Shown: positions 20,833 to 31,270 of the stretch, piece after piece
Numbering within the stretch: position 1 is the stretch's first letter
Layout: each line of letters starts with the position of its first letter
Assembly: GCF_056712565.1 (NCBI RefSeq)
Contig: NZ_CM160072.1
Direction: 5' to 3' (one strand)
DNA: 64,000 nucleotides
Program-made: the position numbers and the translations under genes
The notes under the pieces: model-generated
The model's input: only the letters and a program-made list of their open reading frames with translations
The model's database searches: none
Told to the model about the DNA's origin: nothing

Positions 20833-21438
20833 ATGACTATAAAAAATCTACCTGCAGACTATTTATTGGCTGCGCAACAGGGGGATATCGATAAAGTAAA
20901 AATCTGCCTTGCGCTGGGTGTCGATATTAATACCTGCGATCGTCAGGGGAAAACGGCAATTACGCTGGCAAGTTTATATCAGCAATATGCTTGCGTTCAG
21001 GCATTAATTGACGCCGGAGCGAATATTAATAAACAAGATCATACCTGTTTAAATCCTTTTTTAATTAGCTGTCTGAACGATGATTTAACGCTACTACGAA
21101 TTATTTTACCGGCTAAACCCGATCTTAATTGCGTAACCCGTTTTGGCGGTGTCGGCCTGACGCCTGCCTGTGAAAAAGGCCATTTAAGTATTGTAAAAGA
21201 GCTTTTGGCGCATACGGAGATTAACGTTAACCAGACCAACCATGTTGGCTGGACGCCGCTACTGGAAGCGATTGTGCTTAATGATGGCGGGATTAAACAG
21301 CAGGCGATTGTCCAGTTATTACTGGAACACGGTGCCAGCCCGCATCTGACGGATAAATATGGCAAAACACCGCTGGAACTGGCGCGAGAACGGGGCTTTG
21401 AAGAGATTGCGCAGTTACTGATTGCCGCAGGCGCATAA
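20833..21438 (+). CDS. yahD: Ankyrin-repeat protein YahD
   Basis: 201 aa with tandem ankyrin-like repeats. Confidence 0.85.
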   Translation: MTIKNLPADYLLAAQQGDIDKVKICLALGVDINTCDRQGKTAITLASLYQQYACVQALIDAGANINKQDHTCLNPFLISCLNDDLTLLRIILPAKPDLNCVTRFGGVGLTPACEKGHLSIVKELLAHTEINVNQTNHVGWTPLLEAIVLNDGGIKQQAIVQLLLEHGASPHLTDKYGKTPLELARERGFEEIAQLLIAAGA

Positions 21439-21477
21439 ACCGGGAGGCTTGCTATCAACACACCAGAAAGACGGTGT

Positions 21478-22341
21478 GTGTGGGCGCTAACTGCGGATGC
21501 TGATTTTCTGGCGCAGCGGGGGCAAGGACAGGTTGAACAGGTCTTTGCCAGAGCGGTAAATATCGCACTCCCGGCTCGCCAGCAGTTGCTGACGCTGCTT
21601 TGTGAAGAGTACGACAATGCGCCAAACAGTTGTCGGTTGGCACTCACTCACTTTAATGGTCTGTTCCGGCATGGTGATAAGGTTCAGTTTGACGATCAAG
21701 GCATTACGGTTGGTCAACATCTTCATATAGAGATGAGTCATTGCCAGCGTTGGCTGTCCCCAACCTTGCAAATGACCGCTCTGAATTTTCACCTTATCGC
21801 CTGGCAACAGTGGCACGACATTATTCATCAGCACCTGGGGGAAAATGAAACCCTGTTTAATTATCGCGGCGATAATCCGTTTTATCAGGCGTTAAATAAA
21901 GAACTACATATTAAACGACGGGCAGTTATTCAGGCCGTAAACGATAAACAAAATATCGCCGTAGCGGTCGCCAGTATGATGGGCTTAGGGATTGGCCTTA
22001 CGCCATCAGCCGACGATTATTTAACAGGTCTGGCGCTTATTTTATTTCTTCCCGGACATCCGGCGGAAAAATACAAAGAGGAATTTTATCTCGGTCTGCA
22101 ACGCGGCAGAAATAATACCACGTTATTAAGTGCCATCACGCTGGAAGCCGCATTACAACAACGCTGCCGGGAAAATATTCATCGTTTTATTCACAACATT
22201 ATTTATGACATCCCTGGGAACGCAACTCAGGCAATAGAAAAAATTAAACATATTGGCTCCAGTTCCGGCTGCGACATGCTGTATGGCATGGCCGATGGTT
22301 GTGCGCTGAGTCAAACCTACGGAGGGAATTATGTCAGTTAA
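21478..22341 (+). CDS. yahE: DUF2877-family protein YahE
   Basis: 287-aa ORF; stop overlaps the yahF start. Confidence 0.8.
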   Translation: MWALTADADFLAQRGQGQVEQVFARAVNIALPARQQLLTLLCEEYDNAPNSCRLALTHFNGLFRHGDKVQFDDQGITVGQHLHIEMSHCQRWLSPTLQMTALNFHLIAWQQWHDIIHQHLGENETLFNYRGDNPFYQALNKELHIKRRAVIQAVNDKQNIAVAVASMMGLGIGLTPSADDYLTGLALILFLPGHPAEKYKEEFYLGLQRGRNNTTLLSAITLEAALQQRCRENIHRFIHNIIYDIPGNATQAIEKIKHIGSSSGCDMLYGMADGCALSQTYGGNYVS

Positions 22342-23878
22342 AATAGTCATTAAACCGAATACCTATTTTGATTCTGTCTCGCTGATGTCTATCTCCACGC
22401 GTGCAAATAAACTCGACGGCGTCGAGCAGGCATTTGTGGCGATGGCGACCGAAATGAACAAAGGCGTGTTGAAGAATTTAGGACTGCTGACGCCGGAGCT
22501 GGAGCAGGCGAAAAACGGCGACCTGATGATTGTCATCAATGGTAAATCGGGTGTGGACAACGAGCAGTTGCTGGCGGAGATTGAAGAACTGTTCAACACC
22601 AAAGCGCAAAGCGGCTCGCACGAGGCGCGTTACGCCACTATTGCCAGCGCCAAAAAGCATATCCCGGAAAGTAACCTGGCAGTGATTTCGGTCAACGGTC
22701 TGTTTGCCGCTCGCGAAGCGCGTCAGGCGCTGCAAAATGACCTCAACGTGATGCTGTTTTCCGATAATGTCTCAGTTGAAGATGAACTGGCGCTCAAACA
22801 GTTGGCCCATGAAAAAGGGCTGCTGATGATGGGGCCAGACTGCGGCACGGCGATTATCAACGGCGCGGCGCTCTGCTTTGGTAACGCCGTGCGTCGCGGC
22901 AACATCGGTATTGTTGGCGCATCTGGCACCGGCAGCCAGGAATTGAGCGTCCGTATCCATGAATTTGGTGGCGGCGTTTCACAACTGATCGGCACCGGCG
23001 GGCGCGACCTGAGCGAGAAAATCGGTGGCCTGATGATGCTCGATGCCATCGGGATGCTGGAAAACGATCCGCAAACTGAAATCATTGTGCTTATCTCCAA
23101 ACCGCCTGCGCCTGCGGTGGCCCGCAAAGTGCTGGAACGCGCACGCGCCTGCCGCAAGCCAGTGGTGGCCTGCTTCCTCGGTCGTGGCGAAACGCCAGTG
23201 GATGAGCAGGGGCTACAGTTTGCTCGCGGCAGCAAAGAGGCGGCATTGAAAGCGGTGATGCTCTCCGGCGTGAAACAAGAACATCTCGACCTGCATACGC
23301 TTAACCAGCCGTTGATTGCGGATGTGCGTGCGCGTCTGCAACCGCAGCAGAAATACATTCGTGGTCTGTTCTGCGGCGGTACGCTGTGTGACGAAACCCT
23401 GTTCGCGGTGATGGAAAAACATGGCGATGTCTACAGCAATATCCAGCCCGATCCTGAATTCCGCCTGCAAGATATCAACCGCAGCATCAAACATACCTTC
23501 CTCGACTTTGGCGATGATGACTTCACCAACGGCAAGCCGCATCCAATGATTGACCCGACCAACCGTATCAGCCGCGTGATCGAAGAAGCGCGCGATCCAG
23601 AAGTGGCGGTGATCGTGATGGATTTTGTTCTCGGATTTGGATCGCATGAAGATCCGGTCGGTTCCACCATCGAGGCGATCAAAGAAGCGAAAGCGATCGC
23701 CGCTGCCGAAGGACGCGAGTTGATCATTCTCGCCTATGTGCTGGGCACCGATCTCGATACGCCATCATTAGAACAACAAAGCCAGATGCTGCTTGATGCC
23801 GGAGTGATTCTGGCGAGCAGCAGCACCAATACCGGATTGCTGGCGCGTGAATTTATCTGCAAAGGGGAGGAAGCCTGA
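22331..23878 (+). CDS. yahF: FdrA-like acyl-CoA synthetase / succinyl-CoA ligase alpha-like protein YahF
   Basis: 515 aa with a CoA-binding-like region; start overlaps yahE, stop overlaps the yahG start (ATGA). Confidence 0.85.
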   Translation: MSVKIVIKPNTYFDSVSLMSISTRANKLDGVEQAFVAMATEMNKGVLKNLGLLTPELEQAKNGDLMIVINGKSGVDNEQLLAEIEELFNTKAQSGSHEARYATIASAKKHIPESNLAVISVNGLFAAREARQALQNDLNVMLFSDNVSVEDELALKQLAHEKGLLMMGPDCGTAIINGAALCFGNAVRRGNIGIVGASGTGSQELSVRIHEFGGGVSQLIGTGGRDLSEKIGGLMMLDAIGMLENDPQTEIIVLISKPPAPAVARKVLERARACRKPVVACFLGRGETPVDEQGLQFARGSKEAALKAVMLSGVKQEHLDLHTLNQPLIADVRARLQPQQKYIRGLFCGGTLCDETLFAVMEKHGDVYSNIQPDPEFRLQDINRSIKHTFLDFGDDDFTNGKPHPMIDPTNRISRVIEEARDPEVAVIVMDFVLGFGSHEDPVGSTIEAIKEAKAIAAAEGRELIILAYVLGTDLDTPSLEQQSQMLLDAGVILASSSTNTGLLAREFICKGEEA

Positions 23879-25296
23879 TGAGCCAGTCACTGTTTAGCCA
23901 ACCGTTGAACGTTATTAACGTCGGTATCGCCATGTTTAGCGATGATCTGAAAAAGCAGCATGTAGAAGTGACCCAACTCGACTGGACGCCGCCGGGGCAG
24001 GGCAATATGCAGGTGGTGCAGGCACTGGACAACATTGCCGATTCGCCACTGGCGGACAAAATCGCCTCCGCGAATCAGCAGGCGCTGGAGCGCATTATCC
24101 AGTCGCATCCGGTGCTGATTGGTTTTGATCAGGCGATTAACGTGGTGCCGGGCATGACGGCGAAAACCATTCTTCACGCCGGGCCGCCGGTCACCTGGGA
24201 AAAAATGTGCGGCGCGATGAAGGGCGCGGTCACCGGAGCGCTGGTGTTTGAAGGACTGGCGAAAGATCTCGACGAGGCGGCTGAGCTGGCGGCTTCCGGG
24301 GAGATCACCTTCTCGCCGTGCCACGAACACGACTGTGTGGGATCGATGGCGGGCGTCACCTCGGCCTCGATGTTTATGCACATCGTGAAAAACAAAACCT
24401 ATGGCAACATCGCTTATACCAACATGAGCGAGCAGATGGCGAAGATTTTGCGTATGGGCGCTAACGACCAGAGCGTGATCGACCGCCTCAACTGGATGCG
24501 CGATGTGCAGGGACCCATGCTGCGCGACGCGATGAAAATTATCGGCGAAATCGATCTGCGCTTAATGCTGGCGCAGGCGCTGCATATGGGCGATGAATGC
24601 CATAACCGCAATAACGCCGGGACGACGTTGCTGATTCAGGCGCTGACGCCAGGGATTATTCAGGCGGGCTATTCCGTCGAACAACAGCGGGAAGTGTTTG
24701 AGTTTGTCGCCAGCTGCGACTACTTCTCCGGCCCGACGTGGATGGCGATGTGTAAAGCGGCGATGGATGCGGCGCACGGCATTGAATACAGCACTGTGGT
24801 CACCACCATGGCGCGTAACGGCGTCGAGTTCGGCCTGCGGGTCAGCGGATTACCGGGGCAATGGTTTACCGGTCCGGCGCAGCAGGTGATCGGGCCGATG
24901 TTTGCCGGTTATAAGCCGGAAGATTCGGGGCTGGATATCGGCGACAGCGCCATCACTGAAACCTACGGCATTGGCGGATTTGCCATGGCGACCGCGCCTG
25001 CAATCGTCGCGCTGGTGGGCGGTACGGTGGAAGAGGCTATCGATTTCTCCCGCCAGATGCGTGAAATCACTCTCGGTGAAAACCCCAACGTCACCATTCC
25101 GCTGCTCGGTTTTATGGGCGTGCCGTCGGCAATCGACATCACCCGCGTGGGCAGCAGCGGCATTCTGCCGGTGATCAACACCGCCATTGCCCATAAAGAT
25201 GCGGGCATCGGCATGATTGGCGCGGGCATTGTGCATCCACCCTTCGCCTGCTTCGAGAAAGCCATTTTTGGCTGGTGCGAACGTTACGGCGTCTGA
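23878..25296 (+). CDS. yahG: DUF1116-family protein YahG
   Basis: 472-aa ORF translationally coupled to yahF. Confidence 0.85.
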   Translation: MSQSLFSQPLNVINVGIAMFSDDLKKQHVEVTQLDWTPPGQGNMQVVQALDNIADSPLADKIASANQQALERIIQSHPVLIGFDQAINVVPGMTAKTILHAGPPVTWEKMCGAMKGAVTGALVFEGLAKDLDEAAELAASGEITFSPCHEHDCVGSMAGVTSASMFMHIVKNKTYGNIAYTNMSEQMAKILRMGANDQSVIDRLNWMRDVQGPMLRDAMKIIGEIDLRLMLAQALHMGDECHNRNNAGTTLLIQALTPGIIQAGYSVEQQREVFEFVASCDYFSGPTWMAMCKAAMDAAHGIEYSTVVTTMARNGVEFGLRVSGLPGQWFTGPAQQVIGPMFAGYKPEDSGLDIGDSAITETYGIGGFAMATAPAIVALVGGTVEEAIDFSRQMREITLGENPNVTIPLLGFMGVPSAIDITRVGSSGILPVINTAIAHKDAGIGMIGAGIVHPPFACFEKAIFGWCERYGV

Positions 25297-25314
25297 TCTG
25301 TAAAGTGCGCGTTG

Positions 25315-25405
25315 TTTCTGCCGGATGCGGCGTGAACGCCTTATCCGGCCTACGAGTGGCGCAAGAATCTGTAGGCCTGATAAGCGTAGCGCATCAGGCA
25401 GTCTG
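25315..25405. repeat. REP (repetitive extragenic palindromic) elements
   Basis: gccggatgcggcgtgaacgccttatccggcctac and the inverted tgtaggcctgataagcg...catcaggc motifs between yahG and yahI. Confidence 0.8.
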
Positions 25406-25449
25406 GCGTTGGTCATAACCCCATCACCCTCTGTCGCGGACATAACAAC

Positions 25450-26400
25450 ATGAAAGAACTTGTGGTCGTTGCCATTGGTGGCAACAGCATTATCAAAGAT
25501 AACGCCAGCCAGTCGATTGAGCATCAGGCGGAGGCGGTGAAAGCCGTGGCCGATACGGTGCTGGAAATGCTGGCTTCCGATTACGACATTGTGCTGACCC
25601 ATGGCAACGGGCCGCAGGTCGGGCTGGATTTACGCCGCGCGGAGATTGCCCACGAGCGCGAAGGGCTGCCCTTAACGCCGCTGGCGAACTGTGTGGCGGA
25701 TACGCAAGGTGGCATTGGCTATCTGATCCAGCAGGCGCTGAACAACCGACTGGCGCGTCACGGCGAGAAAAAAGCCGTCACCGTGGTGACTCAGGTAGAA
25801 GTGGATAAAAACGATCCGGGGTTTGCCCATCCCATCAAACCCATTGGCGCATTCTTTAGTGAAAGCCAGCGTGACGAACTACAAAAGGCAAACCCTGACT
25901 GGCGTTTTGTTGAAGATGCCGGACGGGGCTATCGCCGCGTGGTCGCCTCGCCGGAACCGAAACGTATTGTCGAAGCACCTGCCATTAAGGCGCTGATCCA
26001 ACAAGGCTTTGTGGTGATTGGCGCGGGCGGCGGCGGAATTCCGGTAGTGCGTACTGACGCGGGGGATTACCAAAGCGTGGACGCGGTTATCGACAAAGAT
26101 CTCTCTACCGCGCTACTGGCTCGCGAAATTCACGCCGACATTCTGGTGATCACCACTGGCGTCGAAAAAGTGTGTATTCACTTTGGCAAACCGCAGCAGC
26201 AGGCGCTGGATCGCGTAGATATTGCCACCATGACCCGCTATATGCAGGAAGGGCATTTCCCACCTGGCAGCATGTTGCCAAAAATCATCGCCAGCCTGAC
26301 GTTCCTGGAACAAGGCAGCAAAGAAGTGATTATCACCACGCCGGAATGCCTGCCTGCGGCGCTACGCGGCGAAACGGGCACCCATATTATTAAAACCTAA
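25450..26400 (+). CDS. yahI: Carbamate kinase-like protein YahI
   Basis: 316 aa; amino-acid kinase family features at the N-terminus. Confidence 0.85.
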   Translation: MKELVVVAIGGNSIIKDNASQSIEHQAEAVKAVADTVLEMLASDYDIVLTHGNGPQVGLDLRRAEIAHEREGLPLTPLANCVADTQGGIGYLIQQALNNRLARHGEKKAVTVVTQVEVDKNDPGFAHPIKPIGAFFSESQRDELQKANPDWRFVEDAGRGYRRVVASPEPKRIVEAPAIKALIQQGFVVIGAGGGGIPVVRTDAGDYQSVDAVIDKDLSTALLAREIHADILVITTGVEKVCIHFGKPQQQALDRVDIATMTRYMQEGHFPPGSMLPKIIASLTFLEQGSKEVIITTPECLPAALRGETGTHIIKT

Positions 26401-26409
26401 GGACGTAAG

Positions 26410-27792
26410 ATGAAAGAAAACAATAGCCGCCGTGAATTTCTGAGCCAGAGCGGTAAGATGGTCACCGCCGCCGCGCTGTTTGGTCCCTCAGTGCCGCTCG
26501 CCCATGCGGGGGTAGCTGGCACCCTAAACTGCGAAGCGAACAACACCATGAAAATCACTGACCCGTATTACTATCTCGATAACGTGCTGCTGGAAACCGG
26601 TTTTGACTACGAAAATGGCGTGGCGGTGCAGACCCGCACGGCGCGCCAGACTGTGGAAATTCAGAACGGTAAAATTGTTGCCCTGCGCGAGAACAAGCAG
26701 CATCCGGACGCCACGCTGCCGCACTATGACGCTGGCGGTAAGCTTATGTTGCCCACTACTCGCGACATGCATATTCATCTCGACAAAACCTTTTACGGCG
26801 GACCGTGGCGCTCACTCAATCGCCCTGCAGGCACCACCATCCAGGACATGATTAAGCTCGAGCAAAAAATGCTGCCGGAACTGCAACCCTACACTCAGGA
26901 GCGGGCAGAAAAACTGATCGATTTATTGCAGTCGAAAGGCACCACCATTGCCCGCAGCCACTGCAATATCGAACCGGTTTCCGGCCTGAAAAATCTGCAA
27001 AATTTGCAGGCGGTGCTGGCGCGACGTCAGGCGGGCTTCGAGTGTGAAATCGTCGCCTTCCCGCAGCACGGTTTGCTGCTGTCGAAATCGGAACCCTTAA
27101 TGCGCGAAGCGATGCAGGCGGGGGCGCATTACGTCGGCGGGCTGGACCCGACCAGTGTTGATGGCGCGATGGAAAAATCCCTCGACACCATGTTCCAGAT
27201 TGCACTGGACTACGACAAAGGCGTCGATATTCACCTGCACGAAACCACTCCGGCAGGCGTAGCGGCCATCAATTATATGGTTGAAACAGTGGAGAAAACG
27301 CCGCAACTGAAGGGCAAGCTGACCATCAGCCACGCCTTTGCGCTGGCAACGCTCAATGAGCAACAGGTAGATGAACTGGCGCACCGGATGGCGGCGCAGC
27401 AAATTTCTATCGCCTCGACGGTGCCGATTGGCACGTTGCATATGCCGCTCAAACAACTGCACGACAAAGGCGTAAAAGTGATGACCGGCACCGACAGCGT
27501 TATCGACCACTGGTCGCCTTACGGCCTGGGCGACATGCTGGAAAAAGCCAATCTCTACGCGCAGCTCTATATTCGTCCTAACGAACAGAATTTGTCCCGT
27601 TCGCTGTTTTTAGCCACTGGCGATGTATTGCCGCTCAACGAAAAAGGCGAGCGTGTGTGGCCTAAAGCGCAGGATGACGCCAGCTTTGTGCTGGTGGACG
27701 CCTCCTGTTCCGCCGAGGCGGTGGCGCGTATCTCGCCGAGAACGGCGACGTTCCATAAAGGGCAACTGGTGTGGGGGAGTGTGGCAGGTTGA
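26410..27792 (+). CDS. yahJ: Metal-dependent amidohydrolase/deaminase YahJ with Tat-type signal
   Basis: 460 aa; N-terminal SRREFL twin-arginine motif. Confidence 0.85.
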   Translation: MKENNSRREFLSQSGKMVTAAALFGPSVPLAHAGVAGTLNCEANNTMKITDPYYYLDNVLLETGFDYENGVAVQTRTARQTVEIQNGKIVALRENKQHPDATLPHYDAGGKLMLPTTRDMHIHLDKTFYGGPWRSLNRPAGTTIQDMIKLEQKMLPELQPYTQERAEKLIDLLQSKGTTIARSHCNIEPVSGLKNLQNLQAVLARRQAGFECEIVAFPQHGLLLSKSEPLMREAMQAGAHYVGGLDPTSVDGAMEKSLDTMFQIALDYDKGVDIHLHETTPAGVAAINYMVETVEKTPQLKGKLTISHAFALATLNEQQVDELAHRMAAQQISIASTVPIGTLHMPLKQLHDKGVKVMTGTDSVIDHWSPYGLGDMLEKANLYAQLYIRPNEQNLSRSLFLATGDVLPLNEKGERVWPKAQDDASFVLVDASCSAEAVARISPRTATFHKGQLVWGSVAG

Positions 27793-28089
27793 TACGAACT
27801 TGATATGTCTGCAACGGTGAACAGTAAGAGATTTAAGCCCCAGGGAGTGGGGCATCAATGGTTTGCTAATGAATGATCCTGAACTTTATAATCTCCGGGC
27901 ATAATTTCCAGGGGATTATTTGAGAGAAATACACAAAAGTGAGTTTTAACAAAGGTATTTATCAAGCCATAAATGTGACCTGCTTCGGATAAAAAGATTA
28001 AACATAGAAAAACCAATGATCCTCTTGCTGATGGTTATCAACAGTAATTAAGATGTGATTTGTTTTTCCGTAATCGCGAAAATATTCTC

Positions 28090-28500
28090 ATGACCATAAA
28101 AGAAAAAATCTCACAAAAATATCCCCATGCTTCCTTTTGTACTTTTGGCGATTCAGCAGCGTTGGCCGATCACCTCGCAACGTTGATTGCGACTGGTGTT
28201 AAAACAGCTTCCTGTGGTTCGCTGGCGGGATGTATTGAAGACAACGCATTTCCGATGATTGGGGAGTATAAGATTGTAGAAAATAGCCGTGGTGAGCCTG
28301 TCTGTGTTATCAGAGTAATTGGCCTGCATTTACTGCGCTTTTCTGATGTCACCGCGGAGCTTGCCCGTAAGGAAGGTGAAGGTGACCTCAGTCTTGAATA
28401 TTGGCGTAATGAACACCGTCGTTTTTTCCAGGCAGAAGGATGCTATTCACCCGAAATGGACGTTATCTTTGAAGAATATGCCCTTATTGACGTTGTGTAG
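28090..28500 (+). CDS. Hypothetical protein; weak, unverified resemblance to ASCH-type small proteins. Start uncertain (TTG at 28060 or ATG at 28090)
   Basis: 136-146 aa ORF in an AT-rich stretch upstream of the ABC transporter; not in the K-12 gene order as I recall it. Confidence 0.45.
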   Translation: MTIKEKISQKYPHASFCTFGDSAALADHLATLIATGVKTASCGSLAGCIEDNAFPMIGEYKIVENSRGEPVCVIRVIGLHLLRFSDVTAELARKEGEGDLSLEYWRNEHRRFFQAEGCYSPEMDVIFEEYALIDVV

Positions 28501-28750
28501 ATAACTATTTTTCTACGCGAAATAAGCTCACAAACATAAAGTATCGCTAATTTTGTTTATTTTGCTATTTTTTACGTGATGATTGTCACACTTATTGTTA
28601 CTGCCCGTTTTGTCCATATTTATAACCAAATTTTTAATAGCTGCCTGAAATAGGGCTGTTTATTCTGCATAAAAATATTCGAAAATTCTTATTCTCTCCA
28701 GCGCGCTAATTTGGGCGAACACTTCCTGACTACCCTGCAATGAGGCTGAA

Positions 28751-29737
28751 ATGATGAATAAACGTTTTGTTATCAATATGGTGTCTTCGCTGTTATTAGG
28801 CGCTGCGCTAATTTCTGCGCCGCTCCAGGCCGCGGAAAAAGTCGTGGTGAATATCTCTAAAGTCGATGGTATGCCGTGGTTTAATCGCATGGGCGAAGGT
28901 GTGGTTGAGGCGGGTAAAGCCTTTGGTGTTAATGCGTCACAGGTGGGGCCTTCAAGTACTGATGCTCCACAACAAGTTAAAATTATTGAGGATTTAATCG
29001 CCCGTAAGGTTAATGCAATTACAATTGTGCCAAACGATGCCAACGTGCTGGAACCGGTATTCAAAAAAGCGCGAGATGCCGGAATTGTGGTTCTGACCAA
29101 CGAATCCCCCGGTCAGCCAAGTGCTAACTGGGATATCGAAATCATTGATAACGAAAAATTTGCCGCTGAATATGTTGAGCATATGGCGAAACGCATGGGT
29201 GGCAAGGGCGGCTATGTGATTTACGTGGGTAGTTTGACCGTGCCGCAGCATAACTTATGGGCTGACTTGCTGGTGAAATACCAGAAAGAGCATTACCCGG
29301 ATATGCATGAAGTTACCCGCCGCATGCCGGTTGCCGAGAGTGTGGATGACTCACGTCGTACTACACTGGACCTGATGAAAACCTATCCTGACTTGAAAGC
29401 GGTTGTCTCCTTTGGTTCAAACGGTCCGATTGGCGCGGGACGTGCAGTGAAAGAGAAACGGGCGAAAAATAAAGTCGCAGTCTATGGCATGATGATCCCT
29501 TCACAGGCGGCATCACTGATTAAAAGTGGTGATATCACCGAAGGGATTACTTACGATCCGGCCTCTGCAGGTTACGCACTCGCGGCCGTCGCCAGCACGT
29601 TGCTGAAGGGTGAAGAGATCAAACCTGGATTAGAAATGCAGAATCTGGGTAAGGCCGACGTAGATATGGATAAGCGAATTATCCGTTTCCATAAGGTATT
29701 ACTGGTCAACAAAGACAATATCGACTCACTTTATTAA
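28751..29737 (+). CDS. Periplasmic sugar-binding protein of a CUT2-family ABC transporter, LsrB-like
   Basis: 328 aa with signal peptide; C-terminus KVLLVNKDNIDSLY resembles the LsrB C-terminus as I recall it; GAGG motif upstream. Confidence 0.8.
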   Translation: MMNKRFVINMVSSLLLGAALISAPLQAAEKVVVNISKVDGMPWFNRMGEGVVEAGKAFGVNASQVGPSSTDAPQQVKIIEDLIARKVNAITIVPNDANVLEPVFKKARDAGIVVLTNESPGQPSANWDIEIIDNEKFAAEYVEHMAKRMGGKGGYVIYVGSLTVPQHNLWADLLVKYQKEHYPDMHEVTRRMPVAESVDDSRRTTLDLMKTYPDLKAVVSFGSNGPIGAGRAVKEKRAKNKVAVYGMMIPSQAASLIKSGDITEGITYDPASAGYALAAVASTLLKGEEIKPGLEMQNLGKADVDMDKRIIRFHKVLLVNKDNIDSLY

Positions 29738-29785
29738 TCCATTTCTTCGGGGCGAAAGCCCCGATTCTTATTGCCAGGGGATGTT

Positions 29786-31270
29786 ATGGAAACCTTCCTT
29801 TCCCTTCGTCATATCAACAAAACGTTTCATGCCACGCGAGCGCTGCGCGATGTTTCTCTCGACTTTATGTCGGGTGAAGTGCACTGTCTTGCCGGGCAAA
29901 ACGGCTGTGGTAAATCGACGTTGATTAAAATTATGTCCGGTGTTTATCGCCCGGATGAGGGAGCGGAAATTACGCTTGGTGGGAAAAACTGGTCAAAGCT
30001 GACACCCGCCGCTTCGGTGGCGCAGGGGATTCAGGTGATTTATCAGGACCTCTCTTTATTTCCTAACCTGAGTGTCTGGGAGAATATCGCCGTGAATCAC
30101 TATCACCACGGTCTGTTTGTTAACCGACGTCGTCTGCGTGAGGTGGCGCAGGCGGCAATGACCAGTATTAACGTCACATTGCCACTGGATACGCTCGTTT
30201 CTGAGCTTTCAATTGCCCGCTGTCAGCTGGTGGCAATTTGCCGTGCACTGGCGCAGGACGCACGGTTGATCGTGATGGATGAACCAACCGCTTCGCTGAC
30301 CCATCAGGAAGTGCAAGGGTTATTACAGGTGGTGCATCAATTGCGGGAACGCGGGATCTGCGTGGTCTTCGTCAGTCATCGTCTGGAAGAAGTGATGGAA
30401 GTTTCCGACCGTATTTCAGTGCTGAAAGATGGTGAGCTGGTCGGGACCTTTCCGGCCGCAGAGATGACCACAAAACAACTCGGTTTTCTGATGACCGGCC
30501 AGGAGTTTGAATATCAGGTGCGAGAGTTGTGGCAGGGAAAATCCAGCACCCCGGTGCTGGAGGTGCGTAATTTAAGTCGTCATGGGGAATATCTAAATAT
30601 TAACTTGCGGGTGGAAGCGGGCGAAGTGGTATCGATTGTTGGCCTGCTTGGTGCGGGGCGCACGGAATTATGTCTGAGTCTGTTTGGTATGACCCGACCG
30701 GATGCTGGCGAGATCCTCATCAACGGCCAGCTGGTTACACTGCATAGTAACCAGGACGCCATCCGCCACGGTATTGGTTATGTTTCGGAAGATCGCATGT
30801 CGCGCGGTTTGGTGATGGCGCAATCTATTGAAGACAACATCATTAGCACTGTTTTTCACAAGGTAAAAGATCGCTTCGGCTTTCTGAGTGAAGCTAAAGT
30901 GTGTGACCTGGTGGACAGGCTAATCAAGGCATTGACCATCAAAGTCTCTGATCCTCATCTCCCGGTGAATACGCTTTCTGGTGGTAACGCGCAGCGAGTA
31001 TCGATCGCCAAATGGCTGGCGATTGGGCCACGACTGTTGATTCTCGATAGCCCGACAGTCGGTGTTGATATCGCCAACAAAGCAGGAATATACGGCATTA
31101 TCAGCGATCTGGCGGCTCATGGCATTGCGGTATTGATGATCTGCGATGAAATTGAAGAAGCGTGGTATCAAAGCCACCGGATTTTGGTAATGCAAAAAGG
31201 TCAGATCACCCATAGCTTCCTGCCTGACAGCAGTTCTCAGGCCAGGATTGCGGAGGTGGTAAATGGCTGA
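29786..31270 (+). CDS. ABC transporter ATP-binding protein with duplicated ATPase domains (RbsA/LsrA-like)
   Basis: Two nucleotide-binding domains (GQNGCGKST; GLLGAGRTE); start at METFLSL with AGGGGA upstream. Confidence 0.85.
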   Translation: METFLSLRHINKTFHATRALRDVSLDFMSGEVHCLAGQNGCGKSTLIKIMSGVYRPDEGAEITLGGKNWSKLTPAASVAQGIQVIYQDLSLFPNLSVWENIAVNHYHHGLFVNRRRLREVAQAAMTSINVTLPLDTLVSELSIARCQLVAICRALAQDARLIVMDEPTASLTHQEVQGLLQVVHQLRERGICVVFVSHRLEEVMEVSDRISVLKDGELVGTFPAAEMTTKQLGFLMTGQEFEYQVRELWQGKSSTPVLEVRNLSRHGEYLNINLRVEAGEVVSIVGLLGAGRTELCLSLFGMTRPDAGEILINGQLVTLHSNQDAIRHGIGYVSEDRMSRGLVMAQSIEDNIISTVFHKVKDRFGFLSEAKVCDLVDRLIKALTIKVSDPHLPVNTLSGGNAQRVSIAKWLAIGPRLLILDSPTVGVDIANKAGIYGIISDLAAHGIAVLMICDEIEEAWYQSHRILVMQKGQITHSFLPDSSSQARIAEVVNG

